A stretch of DNA of 64,000 bases from Octopus bimaculoides (Eukaryota), in the NCBI RefSeq assembly GCF_001194135.2, contig NC_068985.1, positions 27,067,197 through 27,131,196 of the forward strand, written 5' to 3'. How positions within the stretch are numbered: the first letter of the stretch is position 1; each line of letters opens with the position of its first letter. The position numbers were made by a program, and so were the translations under genes. The notes beneath the pieces are model-generated. The model ran no database searches. It worked only from the letters and a program-made list of their open reading frames with translations, and was not told where the DNA came from. Below, in pieces: positions 1-12,631 of the stretch.

Positions 1-240
1 GCCTTGCGAGTGGATTTAGTAGACGGAAAATAAAAGAAGCCCGTCATGCATACATATATGTGTGTGTGTGTGTGTATCTATGTGTATGTGTCTTTCTGAC
101 CGTGTTTGTCGCCCCACTTCCTCTTGACAACCGATGTTGGTGTATTTGCATCTCCGCAACTTATTTGTTCGGCAAAAGAGACCGATTAGAATAGGTTCCA
201 GGCTTAAAAAATAAGTACTGGGGTTGGTTCATTCAACTAA
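1..240 (+). mobile_element. Bipartite SINE (module A - (TG)n - module C), 5' truncated by window edge
   Basis: 3' part of module A (gtggatttagtagacggaaa...gaagcccgtc), TA/TG tract, then module C (cttgacaaccgatg...gttcggcaaaagagaccgat). Confidence 0.75.
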
Positions 241-265
241 TAGTAGTAGTAGTAGTAGTAGTAGT

Positions 266-292
<27 letters not shown>
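241..292. repeat. (TAG)n(CAG)n compound microsatellite
   Basis: Directly visible. Confidence 0.9.
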
Positions 293-297
<5 letters not shown>

Positions 298-1119
298 ATG
301 TCGTCGTGGTGATGGTGTCGCCGCCGCCATCGCAACGCAAAACACAACGACCTTGCTGACATCCCCACTGACTTCCATCTATCTACAATTAGGCGTCGAA
401 AGATTTGGCAATGCTGGTTACAAAAATAATATGTCCGTTTCTATTAGTAACAAAGACCAAAGAATGAATAATTTACATATATCAGCATTACTTGGGGAGC
501 TTATTTCAAGACATATAAGTGGCACCATCATCATTATTATTATTACGCTCAGTGCAAACGACTGACTACTTCAGATGAGAAGGAAGTGCATTGTTAAGTA
601 GTTAGAACATAAATAGAACATTTTGTTACGTAATAAAGGCAAAGAATTTTATTCTGTCTAATTTTGAGAATAGAGGAGTTGAATGAGGTCAGAAAAGTTC
701 ATAAAATAGAATTCTATAGGTTATCTTTCTTTCTTTCTTTTTTATTTATTTAGCCTTATTTTTAAATTATAAAATAGTTAATATTTATCTAGTATTCTAT
801 AATTCAAACATGAGTTCTTGTTAACGTTAAATATCAAGGTTATGCTGCGACGTAACACGGACCATTTGTTCATAAACGTATCTGAGTTTCTTTCAATATA
901 TTGAAATGTATTGAATCAGAGGCTGTTTTAGTTTAGAATTTAGATCCACTTTGTTTTACGTACATTTTAATGGATGAAATTCATAAGTTACAACTTTTCG
1001 TTTCCTTTCCTCTAAAAGATCTTTTAAATTTTTGTATGTCTACTAATCAAAATAAACCAATATACTGATTTCATATAACTTTATAAAAGAGAGATTTATC
1101 CCTTTTACTGCAGAAATCA

Positions 1120-1275
1120 GGTACAGGCGTGGCTGTGTGATAAGAAGCTTGCTTCCCAACCTCATGGTTCTGGGTTCAGTCCTACTGCGTGGCACCTTGG
1201 GCAAATGCCTTCTACTATAGCCTTGGGCCGATCAAAACCTTGTGATTTGGTAGACGAAAACTGAAAAAACCCGTC

Positions 1276-1346
<71 letters not shown>
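1120..1346 (+). mobile_element. tRNA-derived SINE module A ending in (TA)n
   Basis: A-box-like ggctgtgtgataag, B-box-like ggttcagtcc, CORE-like ccttgggcaa segment. Further copies near 13213, 13625(-), 17750(-), 18330, 18560(-), 41670, 47815. Confidence 0.8.
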
Positions 1347-1348
<2 letters not shown>

Positions 1349-1540
1349 AGAATTGACGAAAAAAACAACAGACGAAGACAGGTGGTGTAAACAACAAAAG
1401 GATGTATTAGTTTAATGCTCGGGAATAGAGAAAGTCTTTGACGTTTCGAGCCTACGCTCTTCAACTGAAAGGAACGCAGAAAGAAACAAGGAGAAAAAAA
1501 TATAAATGTAGTGGTCAGCGATCTATCATGGCGGGATCGA
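1347..1540 (-). mobile_element. Possible Penelope-like pLTR fragment with degenerate hammerhead motif
   Basis: Minus strand 1471-1436 reads CTTT-CAGTTGAA-GAGC gtag GCTC-GAAA-CGT-C-AAAG: hammerhead geometry, but the core differs from CUGANGA at 2 positions. Confidence 0.4.
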
Positions 1541-2990
1541 GAGTCTCCTTATCGCTCCATCGTTGGGCAGCGTTTTCTAAGAACAAATATCATCGAAGAG
1601 AACTTCCTTTTTTTCCATAAACTTGTAGTCACTAGATAAAATAATATACCAAAATGAAGTCTAATGAATTTGATTTTTCCCCACCAAAAACAGTGTTGTG
1701 CTTAGTTAAAAGAACTCAATGCTGCTATTGTTTTATGCTAATAACTAAAAATAGAGACGAAATGTGTTGAAAACTGGCACAAAATATGAAAAAAAAAACA
1801 AAAAAAACATAGGATTTCAGTTTTTTTTAATCATTTAAATCTCTAAAATAAAAAGAATGCATTTTAATCCTTCTAAATGCTTTTTACAAGTAGGGGAGCC
1901 GTAAACAGAAAATATTATCTAGTAATAAATGCCCAGAAGCTTATCTCTAAATACGAAACTTAATTATTTTCAAGAAAGACAATAACGTCTTTATAAAATT
2001 TACTTAAGAAAATTTCTCCTGTCTTACACAATAGATTCTTATCAGCTTTATAACATTTGTGGTCTCTGTGTTCCTGTTTCGGTCACGTTATCAGGAATAA
2101 GATCCGATTAGCTCATTAAACTTATGTCATTTAATCCTTGTTTCTTTAAATATAACATTTTAAAAGTTTTAGTTGTTTTCTCGTATTTTTCTTAGTAAAA
2201 AACACTCGGGTAAGAAAATAGCAAAAGATGTTTTTCATTTCTTTGATTTCTCAGGGCGACTGTGTAATTCTTTTTTCCTTGGTTAACCAGTTTGTTCATA
2301 TGCTTTTTCTAGCTATAGAATAGATAGCAAATCTGAGAAATTAGCTTGCAACGGTTGACTGGTGCCCTAGCTAGGCACTTATAGATTTTAAAATTACACA
2401 AACACATAGTAAACTATTGACCCTATGCTGTATTTTATTATTTCTGAAAGTATAACTTGTTCACTTATATCTTCGAATTTATCTCTTAATTATAATCATA
2501 ACCATTGCAAAAACAACGGGGAAAATATCAGAAAGAAATCATACGCAAGACGTCCGCTTTGCAACCATGATGTCCTGGCTTCAATCCCATTGTGTAGCAT
2601 CTTGGGCAAAATCATTTTCTATCTTATTTTAAGTATTTCACTCATAAGACTCTATCTTGTAGTTAAAATAAGGTAAACAGAAATTGTATTGAAGCCAGTC
2701 AGGTGGGTTGAAGCTGTAATTTAAAACTAAAATACAGCCTTGTAACAGCCTGAGTATTCTACGGACAAATACATCCACTGCCTGAGAAGGGCACACGTCT
2801 GTGGAATGCCCAGCCATTTGCATATGAAATCAGTTGATCAGACAATAAGATCCTCATCGCCGAACGACGATGATAACTGAAATTTAGTTGTTGTTCATTC
2901 AAAGATTGGAACCGAGGAATTCAGAATAATTCCGAAGCCAGAAACTTTGAGTAAGGGTTTGTGAAGTCTCTACATCCAATCTATAATTAT

Positions 2991-3032
<42 letters not shown>

Positions 3033-3460
3033 NNNNNNNNNNNNNNNNNNNNNNNNNNNNNNNNNNNNNNNNNNNNNNNNNNNNNNNNNNNNNNNNNNNN
3101 NNNNNNNNNNNNNNNNNNNNNNNNNNNNNNNNNNNNNNNNNNNNNNNNNNNNNNNNNNNNNNNNNNNNNNNNNNNNNNNNNNNNNNNNNNNNNNNNNNNN
3201 NNNNNNNNNNNNNNNNNNNNNNNNNNNNNNNNNNNNNNNNNNNNNNNNNNNNNNNNNNNNNNNNNNNNNNNNNNNNNNNNNNNNNNNNNNNNNNNNNNNN
3301 NNNNNNNNNNNNNNNNNNNNNNNNNNNNNNNNNNNNNNNNNNNNNNNNNNNNNNNNNNNNNNNNNNNNNNNNNNNNNNNNNNNNNNNNNNNNNNNNNNNN
3401 NNNNNNNNNNNNNNNNNNNNNNNNNNNNNNNNNNNNNNNNNNNNNNNNNNNNNNNNNNNN

Positions 3461-3521
<61 letters not shown>

Positions 3522-4214
3522 TCGATCCTCAAACGGTGAAAGGCAAAGCTAATACCGATGGAATTTGAACGTAGAGACGGATGAAATGCCGCTAACCATT
3601 TTGCTCGGCGTATTAACGATTCTGCCAGCCTCGTCGCCTTATGAGCCCATTAGTATTGTTTAATTATATATTGATGGGAGTCGGGGCCCGCGTCTTCAAC
3701 TCAGCATTCATGCTTGAGAACATTTGGGAGAAGATACTTGCTCAGGTGCTGCACAGTGGGGTCAAATCTGAAACTACGTACCCATGCCAGAGCCGGTTTT
3801 GTATTCGTTGGGTTTATTATCGTATGTTAGCTTTTGAGATTAATTTAAATATAAATCTTAATTTTATTCAATTACGGTAATTGTGGTCATGCTTCCTGCT
3901 GCAATATTTGATTATAAATAACATGACCTTTATAACTCTTTCAGTTGAAGAGTCATTACATCTTTAATTAAACAAATAATTTCATAAAAATCTCTTAAGT
4001 TCATGATGTTTATGACGCTGTCAAAGCGTCACTAAAGAGAAAATCAGTTAGGGTACACAACCAACTTTCCCTTAATATAGATGCTCTGCGACGAAAAGTT
4101 GCAATGCAATTGGTTAAGTATACTCAACGGAGATAACCTCAAAAACAAAGCCTTTTTATCAAGCTTGGCTCGGAACTGTATATTGTTTGTAATTGAGAAC
4201 TTCATAAGTGTAAT

Positions 4215-4426
4215 TTTACTTGTTTCAGTCGTTAGACTGCATCCATGCAGGAGCACCGCTTTCAAGAATTTTTTGTCGGATGAATCAACCCTAGTACTTC
4301 ATTTTTTTAAAGTCTGGTACTTATTCTATCGTTGTCTTTTTGTCGAGCTGCTAAGTTATGGGGACGTAAACACACCAACATCGGTTGTAAAGCGGTGGTG
4401 GGGGACAAACAGACACAAAAATACCT

Positions 4427-4467
<41 letters not shown>
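4215..4467 (-). mobile_element. SINE module C copy followed by (TA)n
   Basis: tttacttgtttcagtc...gctaagttatggggacgtaaacacacc...ggggacaaac, the same module as at 19420, 25735, 31850 and 36575. Confidence 0.75.
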
Positions 4468-4470
<3 letters not shown>

Positions 4471-4716
4471 ATACACAGAGAATAAAAAACAGTAGAGAAG
4501 AGCAAAAAAACCACCTGCCTTTAGTTAATTTAGTACGATCATTTCACAGTTAAGAGTAAAGAATACTCTATAGAGTATTCTTTACTCTATAGTTAAGAGT
4601 AAAGAATACTCTATAGAGTATTCTTTACTCTTAACTGTGAAACGATCGTACTAAATTAACTAAAGGCAGGTGGCTTTTTTGCTCTTCTCTACTGTTTATT
4701 ATTCTGTGTGTATCAA
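4468..4716. repeat. 249-bp foldback (long inverted repeat) with two internal 36-bp perfect palindromes; MITE-like
   Basis: ttgatacacagagaataaaaaacagtagagaagagc... is the reverse complement of ...gctcttctctactgtttattattctgtgtgtatcaa with few mismatches. AGAGTAAAGAATACTCTATAGAGTATTCTTTACTCT occurs at 4553-4588 and 4596-4631. Confidence 0.9.
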
Positions 4717-4934
4717 AAATATCGCTATCAATCTGGAGTAATAATTTGTAGTTTTGAAATCAGTAGTTCTATGACTGCTATTTCTGAATTCTCAGTATGT
4801 TGGAGAAGCAGGTTACTGTCAATCCCTATATATTTATGATTATAAATGTTTTTTACCGAAAAGGTTTTTTCATACTGAGCTACCCGGCAAAATTGTTAAT
4901 TATTAATTTTATTACTAATTGACGATTCCCTGCC

Positions 4935-4982
<48 letters not shown>

Positions 4983-5221
4983 NNNNNNNNNNNNNNNNNN
5001 NNNNNNNNNNNNNNNNNNNNNNNNNNNNNNNNNNNNNNNNNNNNNNNNNNNNNNNNNNNNNNNNNNNNNNNNNNNNNNNNNNNNNNNNNNNNNNNNNNNN
5101 NNNNNNNNNNNNNNNNNNNNNNNNNNNNNNNNNNNNNNNNNNNNNNNNNNNNNNNNNNNNNNNNNNNNNNNNNNNNNNNNNNNNNNNNNNNNNNNNNNNN
5201 NNNNNNNNNNNNNNNNNNNNN

Positions 5222-5816
5222 GCTAAGATCTGGTCGTTGACCACACACGTAACACAACCAGCCAGTTTCCAGCGACGACATCAACAGCATCGTTCAACTT
5301 CCCCAGTGTCAACACGACTCTACGTACACAAGCTACCAAACAGCCACCGCAGCTTCTCAACCCTGTTTGTGTGATTTGCTCACCACGAAATTAACAGCCA
5401 GAACTCAACCTGCGAAGAACATCTGTATCAAGGATCCGGCCCGGCATCGAAGCCTCAACTGCACGACAAGTGACTTAGCTCTGCCTCAACCCTAACCTCT
5501 TATATACAGACTTTCTAACTACTGTGTACCTTAACAGAACTGATATATTCTTATCCGTGTTACTGACTCTTATCTATACTCTGTATCTCTTGCATTCACA
5601 TACATATATTTGTACACATACACCACTTTGTTTACATGACGGCCTGTCTTACATTGTGTTTTATTATGTCGCATTCACTCACACACAGACATACAGTTAA
5701 ATGCTCTAATAAATCTTACTGTTATTCATCTTTACCGGTTGCGTTTCTATCTGTTCCTTGCTGGCAAGCTCCTTCGCATTTCACATGCGAATTCTCTATG
5801 TTATAGTATTATAACA
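5222..5816 (+). mobile_element. Probable LTR (3' part; 5' end in gap)
   Basis: Non-coding C/A-rich stretch, AATAAA at about 5708, ends ...TATTATAACA as Gypsy/BEL LTRs often do. No internal genes seen. Confidence 0.45.
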
Positions 5817-5910
5817 TATCATTATATTTTGTGTCGACCGTGCGACACGTTTTAAAAGGAGCCTGTTTTTCATTCGTCATCATTTCTCCTTTGGTTCGCA
5901 CGGTCGTTCT

Positions 5911-5959
<49 letters not shown>

Positions 5960-6443
5960 NNNNNNNNNNNNNNNNNNNNNNNNNNNNNNNNNNNNNNNNN
6001 NNNNNNNNNNNNNNNNNNNNNNNNNNNNNNNNNNNNNNNNNNNNNNNNNNNNNNNNNNNNNNNNNNNNNNNNNNNNNNNNNNNNNNNNNNNNNNNNNNNN
6101 NNNNNNNNNNNNNNNNNNNNNNNNNNNNNNNNNNNNNNNNNNNNNNNNNNNNNNNNNNNNNNNNNNNNNNNNNNNNNNNNNNNNNNNNNNNNNNNNNNNN
6201 NNNNNNNNNNNNNNNNNNNNNNNNNNNNNNNNNNNNNNNNNNNNNNNNNNNNNNNNNNNNNNNNNNNNNNNNNNNNNNNNNNNNNNNNNNNNNNNNNNNN
6301 NNNNNNNNNNNNNNNNNNNNNNNNNNNNNNNNNNNNNNNNNNNNNNNNNNNNNNNNNNNNNNNNNNNNNNNNNNNNNNNNNNNNNNNNNNNNNNNNNNNN
6401 NNNNNNNNNNNNNNNNNNNNNNNNNNNNNNNNNNNNNNNNNNN

Positions 6444-7153
6444 CCGCAATTCGAAGCAGTGCTGGAACTCTTGCAAAGTGATACCTTTTAACACCTCCGT
6501 CGCTTTTTCTCCACTTCTTCCACATTTACAAATTCCGTAGCACCAGCTCTCGTCCCCAATGATGACCTTCCAAAAAAGGTCCGGATCAACTTCCAGCTGT
6601 TCTTTCAGTTCACGACACGCATTCAGTCGTGACTGCTTTTGATCTTCCGTGAGCAAGCGAGGCACAAATTTTACTGCAACTCTTTTCATTCACAATTCCT
6701 TGCTCAAAATTCAGTCATATCAACAAGTTCGATAATTGTTCGGTGATGTTTTCATTCGTTCGAGGGGTCGACGGTCGTCCTGAACGTCGTCTTCAAGCGA
6801 CAAGTGACCATTCCTAAAGCGTAGAAACCACTTGTAAACACGTGTTTTGCTCATGGCATCGTTCTTGTAAGCTGTTTGAAGCATGACAGCTGTTTCGGCC
6901 GCTGTTTACCCCAACAGAAAACAGAATTTCACAGAAGCCCGCTGTTCCTTCGTTTCAGACATCGCAAAAATCAACGAATTGGGAAGAAGCATGACAAAAT
7001 AAAGACGCATCATATGGTAGTACGACTATACAAGGCGCCGCCGGTCGGCAGACTGATGTCTGAGGGTCGCATCAAGCGGCTTCAAGCGGCGGAAGCCTGA
7101 ACTATAACGGGTTTGTCCCAAAGAGAACGTTTCCGATTACTTTTGGGTAGTCC
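6444..7153 (-). mobile_element. Mariner transposon remnant, internally deleted and frameshifted
   Basis: Fragments MLQTAYKNDAMSKTRVYKWFLRFRNG..LEDD..SGRPST (HTH), KFVPRLLTEDQKQSR (WVPHEL-like linker), KVIIGDESWCY (first catalytic D), then a jump to C-terminal LKGITLQEFQHCFE. TIR-like ggactacccaaaagtaatcggaaa at the right end. Confidence 0.85.
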
Positions 7154-7492
7154 ATTATAATAAACCACATTTTTACAGCACTATTTCAATCACATATTTT
7201 CAGTTCAATATTTGTAATGCTTTGAGGGGAATTTAGAAATGCGGAAATCACTTTAGCCAATTATATAGAGTAAAATAACTGTAAACATACTCTGTGACGT
7301 AGCTAGAGAGTGTGCCGACATGGGCAGCTCTTGAGTTTGTCGGCCTCCCCGGGCCAATACGGTCTATACAGGCTTATACAGCAAACCCAGAATTGACGTC
7401 CCCATAAAAGCGTTGCTCATGGTGGGCTGCTCCTGGTCTATCTCCCACTCCTAGTTACACTACTGAACATTCTTAATGTAGGATAAAGACTG

Positions 7493-7817
7493 TGTAGGGA
7501 AGTGGTTATACACCATTAGGTGTACTCCGCTTCCGTACATTAAATTTCTTGAAGAAACAACGGAACGCAGATTCTGAACAACACAACAATATTTATTTAC
7601 AGTGGAATTCGGCTCACGCTTGGAGGGAATTCGGTAGCTCGTCGCCTTTGGTTACTGAGACGCCGTCAATGAAGTTCGTGGTTATTTGTGTAGCTCTAGT
7701 GCTGGAATGTTGGAGAGAGATCTGTGGGACGTCTAGGCTCGACGGAGATCAGCGAACGAAGAGAGTGAGAAAAGGCGCCAAAGCTGGGTGTCGAACTCTA
7801 CGCATGCGCATGAGACT
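7493..7817 (-). mobile_element. Probable LTR fragment (minus strand), cut by gap
   Basis: Minus strand has AATAAA (7597-7592) and ends ...CACTTCCCTACA at 7493; CpG-rich upstream part. Confidence 0.4.
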
Positions 7818-7959
7818 NNNNNNNNNNNNNNNNNNNNNNNNNNNNNNNNNNNNNNNNNNNNNNNNNNNNNNNNNNNNNNNNNNNNNNNNNNNNNNNNNNN
7901 NNNNNNCTAGAGGTGGAATGTCAAAGGCTTTTTGCTAGATCTATAGCAAAACTTGTTGG

Positions 7960-8140
7960 TATTGAACGTTACTGCGCCAGACCAAATGCTTAGTGGCATT
8001 TCGTCCGTCTTTACGTTCTGAGTTCAAATTCTGCCGAGGTTGACTTTGCCTTTCATCTTAGCGGGATCAATAAAATAAGTAACAGTTGAACACTAGGGTC
8101 GTTATAGTCGACTTACCCACTTCCCGAAATTGCTGGCCTT
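7960..8140 (+). mobile_element. tRNA-derived SINE family B, followed by (TATG)n at 8143-8200
   Basis: aatgcttagtggcatttcg...ctgagttcaaattc (B box)...gactttgcctttcatc...aataagta; about 10 copies in the window. Confidence 0.8.
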
Positions 8141-9199
8141 GTATGTATGTATGTATGTATGTATGTATGTATGTATGTATGTATGTATGTATGTATGTAT
8201 GAGTATATAGGATGTACATATGTGGCAGCATAAAGAGACCTAAATCGAAGTAATCAAAAAGAGAACTGAGTAAAATAGATTAATGAGCGATAACTTCCTC
8301 GTTTACGCAATTACACATTAAATTTTGGACAATTTTTCTTCCTTTAAGGTAGTTTAGCTTTGCTTAAATGCTGAAAATTAAGCAATACTCCTAGCTTTGC
8401 TTAAATGCTGAACACTAAGCAATACTCCTCGTTTTACTTATATCGAACTGCAAGTCTACTAACGTCGCACATACAATGTTGATTTTCGAAATAGTATAAG
8501 ATTTACCTAGTTACCCCCCTTTATCTTCTCAAGTTCTCTCTTATTTCAATTTATGATGTTGAAAAATAATTAATTTTGAAATGGTTATCTTTTGATCAAG
8601 CGCAATCTATTATTTGTAGAGAAGATAATTAAGAACTTGTGACTTTTATGCCTTCAAAGTGATCAGTAAAAAAGTTGAAGTCATTTCAGTTTAGTGATCG
8701 AAGGCGCAGCTTCGCTGATAATTTGCTTGGAAGTCTCAAAAGCTCACCATCTGAATGAGAGTTGCTTATATTCTATTTATTTATTTATTTTACATGCACA
8801 ATTCTTGGAATTTAAAGGCGTGGTAGATATGGTTGATGTGACATCCATCGTTTTTCCAGTGGTTACAAGCCATAATAAAGATATATTTGTTGTTTTGTCA
8901 TATCTTTCTTACTTTCGCAACATCGCAGGTGTTGAGAAAGTGACGCCGGAGTAAATCAGCTACGAACAAATAAATATACTCTACTAAATATTTCTTTTCT
9001 CTCTCATTTATTTGCCTGTGGAGGATTAATATAGAAATATGAAAAGTCTTCAATGCGAAAGATTAAACAGTCATATCTTTAATATAATTTGTCAGAAATA
9101 AAAGCTATTCAGTTCGGTTTACGTACCTATTCTCACCTATCATCATAAATGTTGAATAATGACCGAATCAGTATGATCGCGAGTACAAGCGGCCTAAAC

Positions 9200-9545
9200 G
9201 GAGTTACTCCGAAATATAACGTTTCTCGACAGGGTACGTAACACGGAGACGAAGGAGTTTCTTCAGGTCGAACCGCTACTTCTTTGCATTGAGAGGTCAT
9301 AACTCCAGTGCTACGGAAATATGGTTAGAATGTCACGGAAAAGGATCACAAGATAGAATCTTCAAGCCTAACCAACCAGCAGGAGAGCTAGGGGGATACC
9401 AAGGACGAAATGGCTGGATAATATTCATGATCTAAGTTGGTCACACTTGAGAGTCCAGCAGAAAAGTGTAACGACGGTTGCTTTTGATAGGACACTATGG
9501 TGGAGTTCCTTGAGGACTTTGGTCTCCACGACTCTCCCAGGTGCA
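9200..9545 (+). mobile_element. Degenerate RTE-type LINE 3' fragment
   Basis: Translates with stops to ...CIERS*LQCYGNMVRM...RRARG.PRTKWLDNI; a related copy lies at 33835-34130 (RPTGRCIGRPRIRWLDNI). Confidence 0.55.
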
Positions 9546-11814
9546 CTGGGCGGCCAAGAAGGATAAAAACGGTTCCCTCTATATAGAAATATAAATGTGC
9601 TGACCTCTGGAAAAAATCTTTAGACGATACCTGAGCACTTTCTATACTGGTCCATCATCTCAGTTTGGAAAGAAATAAATGAGTCAACAAAAGATGATAA
9701 CAATTTTGACATCGAAGATTTATTTCATCAATAATTTATTTTTTTGTATGACTGAACCTACACCAGTATATCACAGGTAGATCTGTTGATCTTTTTTGTT
9801 TTTGGACCGTCTGTGAAAATATTCAGATTTATTGCTGATCAGTGAGACTCGAATTAAACTGACATATTTTCAATTAAATTTTAATCGTTGGGAATGTCAA
9901 GTTCTCTCCCTTGTTCTTCTTGTTAAGAATTGTTATTCACCCTAATGTTTTTCACTTTCATTATAAATGCAATTTCATTTTGTTTTTTAATTCAATACTT
10001 TAAATGTGTTCCGCAAGTATAAATTATTTTTTGCGTGTTAGACATAGATATGTAAATATTGATGAGATATAAACACCATTATTTTAAGAAAATAGAAACA
10101 GGCAGTGATGTTTATGTAATTCCCCAAAAAATTTTCAGTGTGAGTGAAACAAAATAGTTTCAACAAGCGTTATAGCCTCCTCGATTCATCGGTACCCGAC
10201 ATTTTGTTTTATGGTGTTTACCATTTTCCTGTAATGTTAATACCGCATCAATCTGAACATTCTAGATAGACCTGGATAGGCAAGGAAGTGATAAAACTGA
10301 TTCAATTTACTTTCATTCTGCTCTTTTTATCGTTCCTGGAGAAATGAACGATAAAATAAAACTTGACATGATTTGAACTCCGAATACAGAGATCTATTAA
10401 ATATCGCAAGAAATTTTGTGCGTCACTCTTTTGGATTCTGCCATCCATTATTCCAGTTATTTCATCTCATGTTGTGTCGATCGCGTTTTTATGGAGAAGT
10501 ATCAGTGTTAAAATGCTCTTATTTTCTTTTTAAAGTACGTAAAGCAATTCAAATCTGGTTTAGACAGACATGACTTCCCGAAAATCTAGAATAGATAAAA
10601 TAGATATAGTTAGATATGGGTTCATATTTAATGTTTCATTTCCCCCAAAGAAGCGAACGCCCAGCAACCTATGCATGTTAAAGAAGTAGAGTGGGGCTTT
10701 TGAATCGTTTATGGATGCTGGACCGCTGACAATGAAATTTGTTTTACTTCGTTAGCGTCCCGCCTCAATGAAGTATCAGGTGATGCTCAAGAGGCTGCCA
10801 GGCAGCCTCGTAATCACCTGCAGTAATGCAGTGTGTATTTTAAAGTGTCCCAAAAATGTTTAGAGAAACACCAGTTTCCGCCCGCACAGTGTGTGATTGA
10901 AGAAGTGCGCATGCCTCTATTTTGATTATTAATTTACTAATTTCACCCCTTTTCTCTCCATTTTCTGCTTGCTAACATTTGTAAATTATGTTCTTTTTCA
11001 TTGAATCATTGCAAATATTTTAGAATACATATGAAAAAAAAAACAATAATAATAATAATAATGGTCCTGCTTGAAACGATTTCGCCTTATTCCTGTTTTT
11101 CTCTCTCAACTACAAGTCATTATTATAATTACTGGAGCGTTTTTATTTCACACCGTTTCGAAATTTTTTTTCTCTCGTTGCTTCCATAGAAAAGTAATTT
11201 AAAAGATTGGCACGAACATCACACGATCTCATTTCTCCGCATCCAATAACACATTGAAGATGTTTTGCTTAGTCAAAACAAATTATTACTTATAAGGAAA
11301 ACAGTGAGATACTCTTATAAAAGTGATTGTCTAATCAAAACTATCGCCACTTTACACCATTAAGAGAATGAAGGCAAGCAATGCCCCTGACAAAATACAC
11401 TGCGGTGTTAAGTTACGTCCCTTGCCTCTGATTCGCCCGGCACCTATTAACTAGTTCCAACCATACAATGTGACCCTCTCTCAATAAAAAAAAGAGTTGT
11501 GACAATGTTACAAATTCCTATTAGAGTGTAAATATATTTGTCGAATTATCAAGAAATGTAGAGAACTACACAGTAAAGACTATGTTCTGAGCTCAAATCC
11601 AACTAAAGTCGACATAGGTTTTTGTTTCCCCGGGATGAATAAAACAAGCAACAATATGTTTTATGTTTCGATATGGTCGACTGTGATTATTTTTGTACAA
11701 ATATTTAAAAATTCATTACTTTAGTATAGATTAATGTGGTAGCTATAAACATGTCACGATTGGCAATATCTTTACTTCACTGCCACCAATTATTATAATC
11801 GGTCCTACTATGAG

Positions 11815-12400
11815 TACGAGGCCTATAGTTTTGTGAGAGGGTGGGGTTAATCGATTACGTCGAACTCAGCTGATACTTATTTTTATCGACTCGAAAGAAT
11901 AAAAGGCAAAATCGACCTCCGCGGTATCTGAACTCAGAACGTAAAGCCTGAAGGAATGTTGCTAAGCATGCTATCTGGTGTGCTAACGATTTTGCTAGCT
12001 CACCACTCTCTGATGGTTTTAAATGTTGGCACAAGGCCCGACTCCAGACTTCGAAAAGATGAAGGGCATAGTAGACCTCGACAAAAATTTGAACGCCAAA
12101 CATAAGCAGCCGGAGGATATGCCGCTAAGTATTTTGTCTAGTGTGGTTAACGATCTTGCTAACTCGCCGTTTACATAATAATAATAATAATCCTTTTTAG
12201 TATAAGCGTAAGGCCTGCAATTTTGGTGGGAGGGACCAGTCGATTACATCGACTCCAGTGCTCCACTGGTACTTATTTCATCGATCCCGAAAGAATAAAA
12301 GACAAAGTTGACCTCGCCAGAATTAGAACTCACACGTAAAGACAGATGAAATGTCGCTGAACATTTTGTCTAGTGTGGTAACAATTCTGACTACCAGGTA
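11815..12400 (-). mobile_element. Two SINE family B copies (about 11815-12010 and 12190-12400) just upstream of UFC1
   Basis: Reverse complement of the family B consensus (gaactcagaacgtaaa, aaagttgacctcg, ggtacttattt). Confidence 0.75.
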
Positions 12401-12508
12401 CAATTTATCGAATGTGCTGATGTTGCCAACTTACACTAATATGACAAGCGGAAAAATAAACATTAAGGAGTGGTAATCAAGGGAGTTAACTTCTCTTTTA
12501 ATTCCAAG

Positions 12509-12631
12509 ATGGTGGACGAAGTCACGAAGAAAACTCTAGCGCAGGTTCCTTTATTAAAAACCAAGGCTGGTCCGCGCGATGGTGAACTCTGGGTGCAGCG
12601 ATTGAAAGAAGAATACATGTCTTTAATAACG
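12509..12631 (+). CDS. UFC1: UFC1 coding exon 1 (41 aa)
   Basis: ATG at 12509; donor ACG|GTTCGT at 12632. Confidence 0.93.

Noticed and set aside
224-565. 113-aa poly-Ser ORF
   Set aside because: Produced by a (TAG)n(CAG)n microsatellite; no domain or splice context.
2961-6525. Long ORFs containing X runs and IYIY/LSLS/ERER tracts (also at 13682-14404, 24735-25052, 40633-41362, 50658-51292)
   Set aside because: Artefacts of translating N gaps and dinucleotide repeats.
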